DNA of 64,000 nt from Sphyrna mokarran (GCA_024679065.1 JAGIQG010000004.1:62744001-62808000), one strand, 5' to 3'. Positions 52,601-63,635 are shown, counted from the stretch's first letter. Program-made: numbers and translations. The notes: generated from the sequence alone by a model not told the origin.

Positions 52601-55600
52601 CACATGATAGAACCGTTAGCAGGAAACTGTAGCACTCATGGAAAATCAAGTAGACATGAAGAGAATGTATTTGATTTGATTTTGTTTGTTATTGTCGTAT
52701 TTATTAGCAGTGAAAATATTATTCCTTGTGCACTAAACAGACAGGGCATAGCATTCAAAGAGAAGAAAACGAGAAAGTGCAGAATACGGAGTTACAATTA
52801 TTGTTAGGGTGTAAAGAAAGATCTACTTAATGCAAGGCAGGACCATTTAAAATTCTGATGGCAGCAAGGAAGACGCTGTTCTTGAGTCGGTTAATGTGTG
52901 ACCTCAGACTTTTGCATCTTTTCCCGATGCAAGGATGTGGAAGAAAGAATGTCCAGGGTGCATGGTGCTCTTAATTATGCTGGCTGTTTTGCCAAGATAG
53001 CAAAAAGTGTAGATAGAGTCAATAGATGGGAGACGGGTGTGCTTATGGATTGGATTACATTCGCAACCTTTTGTATTTTCTTGTGGACTTCGGTAGAGCA
53101 GGAGTGAAGGCAAGCTGTGGAAGTTGGTGACAGCTGCAGCTAACATGCCAAATTTGCGTAGTCTTCCTCAGTCTTTTGAGAAAATAAGGACGTTGCTGGG
53201 CTTTTTTTTTCACTTTTGTGTCGGCACGGGAAGAATAGGACAGGTCGTTAGTGATGTGGACACATGAAAATTTGAAGCTGCTGACTCTTTCTACTTCATC
53301 CACATTGATGTGGACAGCGACATATTCTCCTCTACGCTTTCTGAAGTTAATGACAATCTGTTTTGTTCTGTTGACATTGAGGGAAAGATTATTGTGGCGG
53401 CCCAAATTCACCAGGTTTTCAATCTCATTCCTGTACTCTGTATTGTCATTGCTTGAGATCTGAGCCACACTGCTGGTGTCATCAGCAGCTTGAAAATTGA
53501 GTTGGAGGGGAATTTAGCTACACAGTCATAGGTAAATAAGAGGTATACTAGAGGGCTGAGAACATAGCCTTGGGGAGGTGGGGAGCACTGGTGTTGAGGG
53601 TGATCGTGGAGGAGATGTTGTTGCCTACCCTTAATGACTGTAGTCAGTGAGTTGGGAAGTTCAGGATCCAGTCACAGAGAGAGAGGAGAGTAGGCCCAGA
53701 TCACAGAGTTTGAAGATGAGTTTCGTAAGAATAATGGTGTTGATAGTTGAGCTGTTGTCAAGAAAAAGCGGTCTAACATAGATGTTTGTTGTCTAGGCGT
53801 GGCAGTTTTCAGTGCAGTGCCGGGGGATAGCTTCTGTTGTGGACCTGTTGCAGCAGTAGGCAAACTGTAATGGATCCACGCTGCCAGGGAAGCTGGAATT
53901 CATTCGTGCTATGACTAGCGTTTGAAACACTTCATAATGATAAATGCCAGAGTCATTGAATGATAGCCATTGAGGAACACAGCTTGGCATTTCATTAGTT
54001 CCAGGATGATGGTCGTTTTCGTGAAGCAGATAGGGACCTAAGATTATTGAAAAGAGAGTTTGAACATGTTTGTGTATATCCCTGCCTGCTGATCACGCAG
54101 AATATGAGAGCCGGTCAGGGTACCCCGTCGGACAGTAGTTTTCTGTGAGTTGACCTTCGAGAAAGCTGATCTGACAGCGGCAATGGTGACCTCATGTATA
54201 GCTTCATACAAGACTTCTAGGGTGGAGGGTACGGTCTCACTGGTATCTTGCTGAAAACGGGCTTGGAATACATTGAGCACCTTGGAGGTGGGGGGGGGGA
54301 CGCTATTGGTCCGTACGAGCCCATGATTTTACATGCCTTCGTCTTACAGCCTGTAATGCCTTGCAGACCTTGCCATAGTCGGCAGAGGTATGTGTGACTG
54401 GCCTAGGTCTCTCGCTTGGTCTGGTACTGTCTTTTGGCATCATTCATAAATCTCCTATGATCGTTTCTGGCTTTCTTGTATAGGTCAGGATTGCCTGACT
54501 TGAATGCCCCAGACCTAAAGTAAACACCTAAAGTAAAATGATCTGCCGAGGCTGGAATCGAGCACGTTTCCCAGGCACTGTGAGACAGCATTAAATTAAA
54601 TTATTTACATGGCATGCATATTTGAACAATGGTAGTCGACAGGTACTAGCAATAATAGGCAAACACTCCGATTGCTGGGATATAACTAGTTTATTCTCAT
54701 AGAGCTATGTGGAGACTTTGAGGATTCGTGGGATTTATTCGGGACTTCGTGAAATAAAACACCACACATTAAAATTTCTTGATGACACAAATATAGGACA
54801 GTACAAAGTCTCACAACATCAGGTTAAAGCCCGACAGGTTTATATGGTATCACGAGGTTTTGGAACGTTGATCTCTTTCACCAGTGGGGAGGAGTGTTCG
54901 TAAAGACGGCGAGTATAGACAGTGTCTTGATTGCAAGATAATAATTGAAATGCAAGTCTTTACAGGTAATCAAGTCTTTACAGGTACAGGAAATGCGAAT
55001 GGAGAGAGTAATAATTACAGGTCAATGAGGTGTGAATTGTCTCAAGCCAGGACAGTTAGTAGGATTTTGCAAACTCAGGCCAAATTGTGGGGATTACATG
55101 AAGTGTGACACGTGCGCAAGATTCCGGCTGAGGATCTTCTCCTCATGTGTGTGGAGAATTGACTATCAGTTTCTGACTTGGGGGTTGTGCATTGTTGTGT
55201 GTCTCGAGTGTCACAGGGATGAACGGACACTATGCGACAATCACCAAACAGGAATGCTCTCTTCCTGTCGGACAATACTTCAGCAACCAAAGGTATTTAG
55301 TTTTCGATTTTCTGTTAAACGTTCTCCAAGGCAGACTCCAAGACGCACGATAACGCAGAAGCGTCGAGCAGAAACTGATACCTAAGTTCACATGTATAAG
55401 ACGGCTTCAACCATGTTCTTGGGTATATGTCATACTCCCAGTCACCCCACCATTTGACCCTTGCGTGCACAATCTTGCTGACTGGCCTGGCTTGAGACAA
55501 TTCAGATCTCTTTAACCTGTTATTAGTCCTCTCTCCACACGCATTGTTTTTTCTTGCATAGACTTGATTGCATGTAACAGCTTGTATTCCAAACATTCTC

Positions 55601-56350
55601 TTACAATCGAGTCTCTGTCTATATGTGCCGTCTTTGTGAATCCACTTTCCCACACACCTGATGAAATAGAAGTGCTCTGAAAGCCTGTAATGCCAAATAA
55701 ACCTGTGTTGTGAGACTTCTTACTGAATCCAGCTTAATCCAAAGCCAGCACCTGAACTTCCAAAACATAGAAGTTATTGTAAACCTATTAAAGGAAAAAA
55801 GAGATGTGCTATTTCATCCGTTTAGAGAGATATTTTGGGGACATAGCAACATTGTCTGAAAAACATAGAACTACAAATTTCAAGAGTGTAATTAGGAATA
55901 CATTCTAGAGGGAGGGAAATATTCTAAACTTTGTGGGATTGCTTACAAGCATGCTCATTATTTTTGTTTGAATTGTCCCCGAAATAATGTATTAATAGAA
56001 ATGTGCCACGTATGTAAATTCAAGGGCGACAATTCGTGAGGCACTAAATGATTCGCCACCATGCTAATGGTCTCATGCATATCATTTTTACTTTTGTTCA
56101 AAGAACATTGACGTAGTTTTGTCGGTAGATAAATAAAACAATGAGCTAACAACATTCTCCATCGTTAACTTCACAGATGGAGAAAGTCACCACTGATAAC
56201 AAGCTGACTTATGCTTCTCTTGATCTGAATGGCTTCAAGAAAACCCGGAAACCGAAATCTAATGAGGTAAATACAGAATATGTTCAGCTTAGTACGACGA
56301 TGCCAAGCAGAGCAACAGAGGTTATCTACACCGAAACCGGAGTCCCATAA
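43625..56350 (+). CDS. Multi-exon IgSF receptor gene: leader-V(J)-C1-TM-cytoplasmic tail with ITIM/ITSM (SIRP-like / non-rearranging antigen-receptor-like), ~337-351 aa
   Basis: Hand-assembled exons 43625-43679, 43789-44109, 45162-45470, 49995-50105, 51272-51315, optional microexons 51436-51453 and 52266-52289, and 56177-56350. All have AG/GT boundaries and compatible phases (1,1,1,1,0,0,0); 1056 nt including stop, no internal stop. Confidence 0.88.
43789..44109 (+). CDS. Exon 2: V-set Ig domain with germline-encoded J-like G strand
   Basis: AGIRANFQVSQVPENTDAVLGTNVTLYC...VYWWK...ASFQLLNISVRDAGVYYCGVKTLENRTANGTGSTIKVS: B-strand Cys, C-strand Trp, DxGxYYC and GxG(S) motif. Acceptor tacgatag|, donor G|GTAGGT, 321 nt, phase 1-1. 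Confidence 0.95.
45162..45470 (+). CDS. Exon 3: C1-set Ig domain
   Basis: VPPTPLKIFPK...LLCKTSEFYPNVLNLSWYEDG...NGLYEVSSTL...YTCQVSHVTLPVP: C1 signatures CxxxxFYP, W and YxCxVxHxxL. Acceptor ctcttcgcag|, donor AAG|GTAAG, 309 nt. Confidence 0.95.
45783..46040 (-). mobile_element. Family B 3' terminal fragment in intron 3
   Basis: Nearly identical to 37555-37810. Confidence 0.85.
46420..47230 (-). mobile_element. Old CR1 3' fragment interrupted by a Penelope piece
   Basis: Minus strand reads FTRML...LFSLEHQRMRRDLIEIYKIM...KVRGGKFK; tail region at ~46420-46460. Confidence 0.7.
46553..46861 (-). mobile_element. Penelope pLTR fragment with hammerhead-core remnant
   Basis: Homologous to 54805-55110; minus strand CTGATGAAGGGGTAGCGCTCCAAAAGCTAGTGG; flanked by TCATGTATCTA at 46542-46552 and 46862-46872. 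Confidence 0.8.
49200..49465 (-). mobile_element. tRNA-derived SINE, second tail type
   Basis: Same head and central domain, with a GGATTTTCACAGTAACTTCATT-type 3' region. Confidence 0.7.
49585..49900 (-). mobile_element. HE1-type SINE (degenerate)
   Basis: Homologous to 50788-51120, with an internal CTAATACCTAAAAAG duplication. Confidence 0.7.
49995..50105 (+). CDS. Exon 4: stalk + transmembrane helix
   Basis: GPEFPFNNQVIYMSTAVVFIILVVIAITGSYCHQNKN; acceptor aaatcag|, donor G|GTAAAG, 111 nt, phase 1-1; no charged residue in the helix. Confidence 0.85.
50436..50720 (+). mobile_element. tRNA-derived SINE, second tail type
   Basis: GGCAACACAATGGTTAGCATTGCT...GGGACCTGGGT head; CAGTAACTTCATTGCAG 3' region. 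Confidence 0.75.
50788..51120 (-). mobile_element. HE1-type SINE
   Basis: Full-length homolog of 6038-6370. Confidence 0.85.
51272..51315 (+). CDS. Exon 5: cytoplasmic (GGCRYVDTSELREQQ)
   Basis: Acceptor ttccttatcag|, donor CAG|GTAAT. The 44-nt length converts phase 1 to phase 0, as needed to join the TM exon to the terminal exon. Confidence 0.75.
51436..51453 (+). CDS. Candidate 18-nt cytoplasmic microexon (KRSQIY)
   Basis: tttcttttgctacttag|AAACGTTCACAAATATAC|gtaagc; strong splice sites, phase 0-0, open frame. Confidence 0.5.
51780..52025 (-). mobile_element. Degenerate HE1-type SINE
   Basis: Homologous to 50788-51040. Confidence 0.6.
52266..52289 (+). CDS. Candidate 24-nt cytoplasmic microexon (NQTAGLYQ)
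   Basis: ttccaattaacag|AATCAGACTGCTGGATTATATCAG|gtaaca; phase 0-0, open frame, but only a moderate pyrimidine tract. Confidence 0.4.
52669..54520 (-). mobile_element. Degenerate Rex1/Babar-type LINE in the last intron
   Basis: Minus ORFs: AFKSGNPDLYKKAR, VDPLQFAY..NRST, EYRNEIENLV...NNLSLNVNRTKQIVINFRK; (ATTTG)n tail at 52669. Confidence 0.8.
54805..55722. mobile_element. Penelope-like element: inverted pair of GIY-YIG C-terminus + pLTR segments
   Basis: Plus 55216-55440 reads RMNGHYATITKQECSLPVGQYFS...VLQGRLQD...EQKLIPK...GFNHVLGYMS, followed by a pLTR with CTGATGA(55658)...GAAA(55679). 54805-55213 is a diverged reverse-complement copy. Confidence 0.85.
56177..56350 (+). CDS. Terminal cytoplasmic exon with ITIM and ITSM-like motifs
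   Basis: Acceptor aacttcacag|; MEKVTTDNKLTYASLDLNGFKKTRKPKSNEVNTEYVQLSTTMPSRATEVIYTETGVP*. LTYASL 56204-56221, TEYVQL 56273-56290, VIYTET 56321-56338. Confidence 0.85.
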   Translation: MEKVTTDNKLTYASLDLNGFKKTRKPKSNEVNTEYVQLSTTMPSRATEVIYTETGVP

Positions 56351-56960
56351 CATTGATTTGTCGTGTGGAACCGATTTAATGTTCCTCTTCATGTAATTTC
56401 TCTCTTAAGTATGATGTGTTTACACGGGTTTTCGAAAAAAAAAAGATACAGTTGGATTATTTCCACTTCAGGAAGCATCACAGTCATATGATACCGATTG
56501 CAATTGAAATTAACAGTGCATTTTGGTTTCTAGAGGCATTTATTCATGAAGAAACATTACCTTTGTTCAATTCTGGGAAAAAAAAACAATATGTAGATGT
56601 AGAAATATTGCTTGAAAAGGTCGCTGAAAATGCATTTTTATTTTCAGTTCTGGCCGCTCATCAACATTTGCAAATAATGTTTTCCTTGTAATGGTCTTCT
56701 GTTTTTTTTTGCTGCTCTGCGCCTTTGATTAATCTACGGGAATATCCCTTATTCCCTCATTTCAAACTCAATTATTTACGATTTGTATTGCATTTTACTG
56801 ATCTGCTAATGTTTATGATGATGCAGCATAATTGGCAAGGTGCTGAGTTATCAACGTGAAGCTGTCACCTTCACGCACATAGCACTTAAGAATATTGTGC
56901 AATTTGTTTTTGAGAAAAGGTAAATGTAAAGAAGCCTTTATCAGGAGCAGAAGTAAAAAA

Positions 56961-56970
56961 AATAAATAAA
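56961..56970 (+). terminator. Candidate polyadenylation signal (AATAAATAAA) for the receptor gene
   Basis: Overlapping AATAAA hexamers ~610 nt after the stop, before the next CR1 block. Confidence 0.4.
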
Positions 56971-58207
56971 CGGAACATCGCGCAATTCTGTCTGTCAAAA
57001 ATTCTACATTTTCAACGTTAATTTACTGTAGTAATGTAGACAAACTCATTCTAAACAAGACCAAAGAAACCTTGGATAATATTATGCAAGAGGTAGAATA
57101 GTGTGATGGGCAGTAAGAAAAACAGATTATGTTAATAGTTCCTGGACAGAGGTTGACAACAGGAACGCACATTTTCAATTTCATTAAGTATGGCATGTGA
57201 GAACCTATGGCCGGTGAGAATCTAGAAACTATCATTTTCACGAAACAGGTAGCGTTGGCAAGTAAATGGAGCTAAAGCTAGACAAGTCTCCAGGTTCTGA
57301 TCGAATGCATCCCAGGATACTAACAGAGATGGCGGGAGAAACAGCAATTGCACTCGTGGTAATTTACAAAATTCGCTGGACTCTGGGGTGGTTGCTACAG
57401 ATTTGAAAACAACAATGTGACAGCACTATTTTAAAAAAAGGAAGCACACAAAGGCAAGTATCAATAGACCGGTTACCTTAATTTCTGTAATAGGGAAATT
57501 GGTTGAACCTATCATCAATGAAAAAATAGCGAGATGTCTGAATATAAATGGTCCCATTGGTGAGATGCAGCATGTATTCATGAAGGAGTTATGTTTAACT
57601 AAGTTTGCGGAATTCTTTGATAGCATTACATGTGCAGTGGGCAATGGGGAACCTGTGGATGTGGGGAATCTGGATTTCCAGAAGGCATTTGACAAGATGT
57701 CGCACCAAAGACTGCCATGTAAGATAAGGTGCACAGGTAATGCATTAGCATGGATAGAGGATTGGTTAACTGACAAAAAGCAAAGAGTGGGTGCAAGTGG
57801 TTACTTTTCTGACTGGCAGTCAATGACCAGAGGTGTGCCTCAAGGATTAGGGTCAGGCAGATGAAGTACTATATTGGTGAATGCGAGGTCATCTATTTTG
57901 ATAGGAATAAAAGCAAAATGGACTATTAATTAAACGACAAAAAATGCAGCATGCTGCTGTGCAGAAAGACCTGGGTGTCCTTGTGCCAGAATCTCAAGAA
58001 ATTGTTTTACAGGTGCAGCAGGTAATTAAGAAGCAAATGGAATTTTGTCCTTCATTGCTAGAGGGATGGAGTTTAAAAACAGCAAGGTTATGTTGCAGCT
58101 GTGTAATGTGCTGGTGAGGTCACACTTGGAGGACTGTTTACAGTTCTGGTCTCCTTACTTGAGAAATAGTATACTGGCACTGGAGGGGGTGCAAAGGATA
58201 TTCACGT

Positions 58208-59690
58208 ACAACAACAACAAAGAACAGCACAGCACGGGAAACAGGCCCTTCAGCCCAACGAGCCCGCGCCACCATCCTAACATCTTAATGACATATAGAG
58301 ACCAATATAGGGACAATTTGTTACCCAATCAGCCTAAGAGCACATTTTTTGGGATGTGGGAGGAAACCGGAGCACCCGGAGAAAACCCACGCAACCACGG
58401 GGAGAACGCGCAAACTCCCGCAGACACAGGCCCAAATCCATGTGTCTGCACAGCAACAGCAATAGTCTCTGAGCTGTCATGTTGCCCATCTGATGGTCCA
58501 GTTTAAGCATACACTAACGACGTGAAGCACTAGGCCACTCCTGAAGTAACCTCCAGGAGCAGCCCTCGCACGACCTGCTGAATGCATGCACCTTGTTGGT
58601 CAACAAGGTGGACCGAATAGCCTGTGGAAACAATTAAAGTATTTAAACAGTCCTCATATATCCCTCTATCTCCAGACCGCTCATGTGGCTGTCCAAGAGA
58701 CCCTTAAACAACCCTAGCGTGCCTGCTCCCACCACCTTACTCGGTAGTGCATTCCACACCCCCACTACCTTTTGTGTGAAAAAAATGCCCTCTAATATTA
58801 GTCTTATACGTAGCCCCCCTCACCCTAAGGCCGTGACCCCTCGTTCTATCCGAATCTAATGGTGGAAAAAGCTTACCACCATTTACTCTATCTATACCCC
58901 TCATAATCTTATATACCTCTAATAGATCCCCTCTCAGCCGACGTCTTTCAAGGGAAAACCACCCCAGTGCGTTCAATCTTTCCTCGTAAGACAGCCCTTC
59001 CATACCAGGCAGCATCCTGGTAAATCTCCTCTGCACTCTCTCCAAGGCCTCCACATCCTTCCGGTAGTACGGCAACCAGAACTGGACGCAGTACTCCAAG
59101 TGAGGCCTAACCAACGTTCTATACACTTGCAACATCAAACTCCTACTTTTGTATTCTATACCCTTCCTATGAAGGCTAACATACCATACGCTTTCTTTAT
59201 CACATTCTCCACCTGTACTGACACCTTCAGAGACTTGTGAACCTGCACCCCCAGGTCTCTCTGCTTCTCTATACTCCGGATAGTTTTACCTTTTATCCTA
59301 TAACTCCCCTCTACATTATTCCGGCCAAAATGCATCACCTCGCATTTATCTGGATTAAATTCCATTTGCCATCTATCTGCCAATCTACCAGCCTATCTAT
59401 GTCCTGTTGTATTGCCTGGCACTGCTCCTCAGTCCCCGCCAATCCAAGTATCTTAGTGTCATCAGCAAATTTGCTGATCACACCACCTACCCCCTCTTCC
59501 AATTCATTTATACAAATCACAAATAGAAGAGGTCCTAGTACTGAGCCCTGTGGCACACCACTAGTGACTGACCTCCAGTTGGAGAAAGAGCCTTCCACTA
59601 CTACCCGCTGTCTCCTCATCCCAAGCCAGTTCTCAACCCATCTACATACCTGGCCCTGTATCCCATGCGCCTTCACCTTTTTTATCAGCC
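58208..59690 (-). mobile_element. CR1 family B-related subfamily, nested in an older CR1
   Basis: Minus ORFs 58737-59751 are RT C-terminal pieces; a diverged version of the same composite 3' UTR lies at 58208-58660. Confidence 0.9.
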
Positions 59691-60017
59691 TAAACTTAGT
59701 TGGGAGGTTTGGCTTATGAGTAGGGATTGAATAGACTGGGGCTATTTTCATTGGAATTCAGAAGAATGAGGGGAAATCTTACTGAAACGTAAGATAATGA
59801 AAGGAATAGTTAAGATAGAAGCAGGGAAGTTGTTTCTACCGGCGGGTGGACCACGAGCTAGTGGCCATAGCCTTAAAACACGGGGAAGCAAATTTAAGAC
59901 TGAGATGAAGAGAAACTTCTTCACACAAAGGATTGTGAATCTGTGGAAGTTTCTGCCCAGTGAAGAAATTGAGGCTATGTCGTTGAATGTTTTTAAGGCA
60001 GGGATAGTTAATTTTTT

Positions 60018-60470
60018 AGGTCTGCCTTGTTATCCAACAAGGGACATACACGCGATGGGTCGTGAGACGCTGCTCTTGGATTTGTCCGAGAATAGCCTAA
60101 TGCTTCATGTCATTAGTGTATGCTTAAACTGGACCAGTTGATGGGCAACACGGCAGCTCAGCGACTAACGCCGTTGCTGTGCAGATACAGGGATTTAGGC
60201 CAGTAACTGTGGGAGTTTGCGCAGGGAGACCTGTGCTCACATGGGTTTTCTCTGGTTGCTCCGGTTTCCTCCCACACCCCAAAGATGTGCTCTTAGGCTG
60301 ATTGGCGAAACAAGTTGTCCTTAAATTGTCTCCCCAAATTGGCTCCATTGCAGATTTCTGTAAACATAAACAAGGGTTATGGGTGGAAGTAGGAATGTTA
60401 AAATGGTGGTGTGGGCTCATTGGGTCGAATGGCCTGTTTCCGGTGCTGTTTGGTCTTTGTTCTTTATTCT
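60018..60470 (+). mobile_element. Stand-alone family B 3' UTR module (SINE-like insertion)
   Basis: Starts at the structured module, includes SINE body and tail, no ORF2; interrupts the 3' end of an older CR1. Confidence 0.8.
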
Positions 60471-61585
60471 TTGAATTAAGTGTTATGATGAGCAGGCGGG
60501 TAAGTGAAGTGGCGTCCACAAAAAAGATCAGCCATGATTTTATTGAATGGCGGGGCAATCTTGAGGGCTCAGACGGCCTACTCCTACTTCTAATCCTTAC
60601 GTAAGCATTGCCAATGTGTATCATTGTGTATATTTCTCGGAAAATTGATTACCATTCCGATTTGTCTTTATATCCAGAAGCCGATTTTATTAAATGGATT
60701 GTCTATGTAGTCAATCTCCTGGATGCAATTTAAAGAGAAGTTATTGAATAGCATCAATTCCCTCAGGTAATATCCTGTGGCATTGCAGTAAATTAACATA
60801 TAAGAATATGATGCTCTTATAATATGACACAATTCCAACATTGATTGAATGTGTAAATAATCGCATGTTTGCTCATCAAGGTTCATTTATTCTATTATTT
60901 GTAACTACTGACAGGATATAACGACTAAACTACTCAGGTCTAAAATTTAAAACGTTATAGGTATATTTAAGACTAATAAATTTAGATAATAAAAACAACG
61001 ATAATCTTCTATTCTAAATTCAATATATATATTCAGCTAGAATAAAGAAATACTTTATTTGCGCCCAAATTAAAGCATCTTCGATGTTTGACACATATTT
61101 CTCGCTGTATTTTCCTTTTTCTTAATTAAATTGCTTCAGACAATAAGGCTTTACAGTAACGTTTGTGATTTTTTTTCATGACGTATTTAGTTATTGGTGC
61201 GAAATAAGTTGTTATAGTCAGTGCCCTTGTCGTGAATCCTCATATTTTTGTTCTGGTCATGGATTCGGATCACATAGTCGCAAACGAATTCAGCCATTTC
61301 GATGAAACTTGTCTCGTTCACCTGAGCAAATGAAGACTTTTGCATACCCGTTCGGTCTTACATTAATAAAAATCCAATTGTCTGAGATTAGTGATCAATT
61401 AGTCTTCTATTTTGTTGCCTATCACCCAAACTTGAGGGCCCAATTACGCTATTATGCATTATTATCTTAGCCAATAACATTCCACCTGTCAGCAGGAATA
61501 GGAGCTCATTAGCCCATTGTACCTGAAAATCGTTCCCTCGTTACTCGAAAATCTAACTACGTAAATCCTGTATGTTCAAAGCTAC

Positions 61586-63300
61586 TGTTAACACCTTCAA
61601 ATTTTAATTGGTAAAGGAGTCAATTCTCTTGTCTGAAATCGGCCTCCTTTCTGAACATGAGAAACTGTACCAGCCTCCCTAAACAGGAGTGAATATATTC
61701 CCAATAATTCCAGGCCGCGGTTTAACTTGCCCCTGTCTAACAGATGCCGCTAAGAACGAGCTACTCACTATGCTTCATAGTCTCACAGAATGCGACATGT
61801 CTGCTGCTGTCTGCTTCCTACCATGCTGAGAAAACTGACTAGGTTTTGCCCAAGACTCACAGACACATTTTTAAACTGCATTTAATTATAATACTTGTTT
61901 TAAAAATCATTACTATTTATTATATGTTATTAATAGACAATAACTTTGCACTTGTTGTATTTGGCACTCGGAGGATCCATATTCCATATATAAAGCATTT
62001 GTAATCTTCTTGGTAACCTAGTCTACTTACTGTAATAAATTTTAAACGACAACCTTTATACTAGGGATTATATATATTACCCACCATCACTCCCCGCTTT
62101 TGGGACTGGGGTTTAGCCCAAGATAAGGCATCTAACTAGAGCTGCCAAACACCGGTTCCTTCATTCCGAAGGACAACTGGTCCCTTCGTATCATTTCTTG
62201 CTCCACTTAATTACTATCATTGATACCATTCTTACTGCGGACTTCGACAGCCTTGCACAGTCACATTAACGAGTATAATCAATGTCAATATCAGCTTGAA
62301 CATTATTGCAATCTGGGATTGATGTTCCCAGAGTACTCAGCCATTCTAATAGCCACGTACCCAAGGTAAACAATGACGGCTGTTTAAGTTTCTGCGCGTC
62401 TTTTCTGCTGTGAGCAGCCAGAGAATAGTTATGTTTTCTGTACGATCTGGTATATAGATTCAACGCTCTGAAACAATCACTGCGCATGTCCCACCTCTCT
62501 CTGACAAAACATAACTCAATTCCTATTGATGCTGAAGCACCATATTACCAGCTCTTTTTATTGCAGTTAGGACAGTAGCTGTGTCATTCTCTACTTGTTC
62601 CAAAATGGAGATCAATATTACAAACTCGCGCATTGTCTTAGCCACTCCACAGCTGGGAAACAGTACGCCAAAGAATCGTTCTCTTTGTGAAATTGCTGTC
62701 GAATTCTTGACAAGGGAAGACTTTTCTGAGTGTGTTATATGCATGAGAGCACACACCAAGTTAACACGGTCCCTTCCATCGAATAGGGAACCAAGATCAT
62801 GCTTTATGTCTACAGATCGAATATTTGCCATTGGATGTTGGGTAAGTATTGTTCCCTTTAATATAATAGAATATGATGTATGACTGGTCCCTTTTGGGTG
62901 GACTCTAGTAATTCAAACTGTTTTGACCCACATTGTAGTTGCGTTCACTTACACCTAAATTCTTTGCATGGCTTTTCAAATTCTCCACACAGTAATTCCC
63001 CTTTGGTTCGAGTTTGACTGTTTCAAAATCAGATTACGAAATGACATCTTTAGCTTATGGATAGGTATGCACCATCTCAAATAACCAATCTTCTCTTCAC
63101 AATCCATACCGCTATTGAACTTTCTCCACAACTTTGTGTTGTCAAATTCTAGCATGTGGTGTCAAGAATATCCAGCTATTATCAATCCTGGCCATGTCAG
63201 GGGTGTTGGTTTAAAGGCATCCCTTCTCTGGCCTGGATGAGGATATGTGAACAAACATAACATCTTGACTGGTTAATCATATTTTCGTATCGGCCACATC
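61586..63300 (-). mobile_element. Endogenous retrovirus relic: env (gamma-type SU/TM), PPT and 3' LTR
   Basis: Minus strand: NQSRCYVCSHI (CxxC, 63251-63262), ERFFGVLFPSCGVAK, heptad ILEQVENDTATVL, MVLQHQ*ELSYVLSERGGTCAVIVSER*IYIPD (ISD + decayed CX6CC), hydrophobic TM ~62250-62320, PPT AAAAGCGGGGAG (62090-62101), then TG...TTAACA (62089 to 61586; left end tentative). Confidence 0.8.
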
Positions 63301-63324
63301 CATCTTCCCCATTCTGAAACTGGA

Positions 63325-63630
63325 CTGCAATGTGAGGGGATGCGGGGATTGTGAATCAAAGTAAATAGGGGATGACAACGGGATTTGTACTCTATTTCAA
63401 GAATAGATTATCTCTATGCTAAGTTAAAAGGGGGGCCCAAATCCAAAAAGCTGGATATTAGTCATGCTTACAAACCGCTGGAACTGGAAGACGACTTCAG
63501 AGAGTTAGTTACAATAGGTATTAACAACTGGTTGTATCAAGGCACCCGATTGCCATTGGGTGCTTCATCAGCCTGTGCCAATTCTCAGTACACCATGGAA
63601 AACTTGCTAAAATGAATGCCCTATGTTGTC
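63325..63630 (+). mobile_element. Gypsy-type RT fragment
   Basis: YSISRIDYLYAKLKGG..SKKLDISHAY..LEL...LYQGTRLPLGASSACANSQYTMENLL resembles Ty3/Gypsy RT (YPIPRIEDL, KLDLSxAY, RLPFG). Confidence 0.8.
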
Positions 63631-63635
63631 TTGTA

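Larger units (their letters stand above)
57270..60600 (+). mobile_element. Older CR1, interrupted twice (pieces 57270-58205, 59690-60015, 60470-60600)
   Basis: KSPG, LDFQKAFDK, GVPQG, LVRSHLE, NFFTQRIVNLW motifs that continue across the two insertions. Confidence 0.85.

Noticed and set aside
58045-58506. 153-aa ORF
   Set aside because: Spans an old CR1 and the antisense 3' UTR of a nested CR1.
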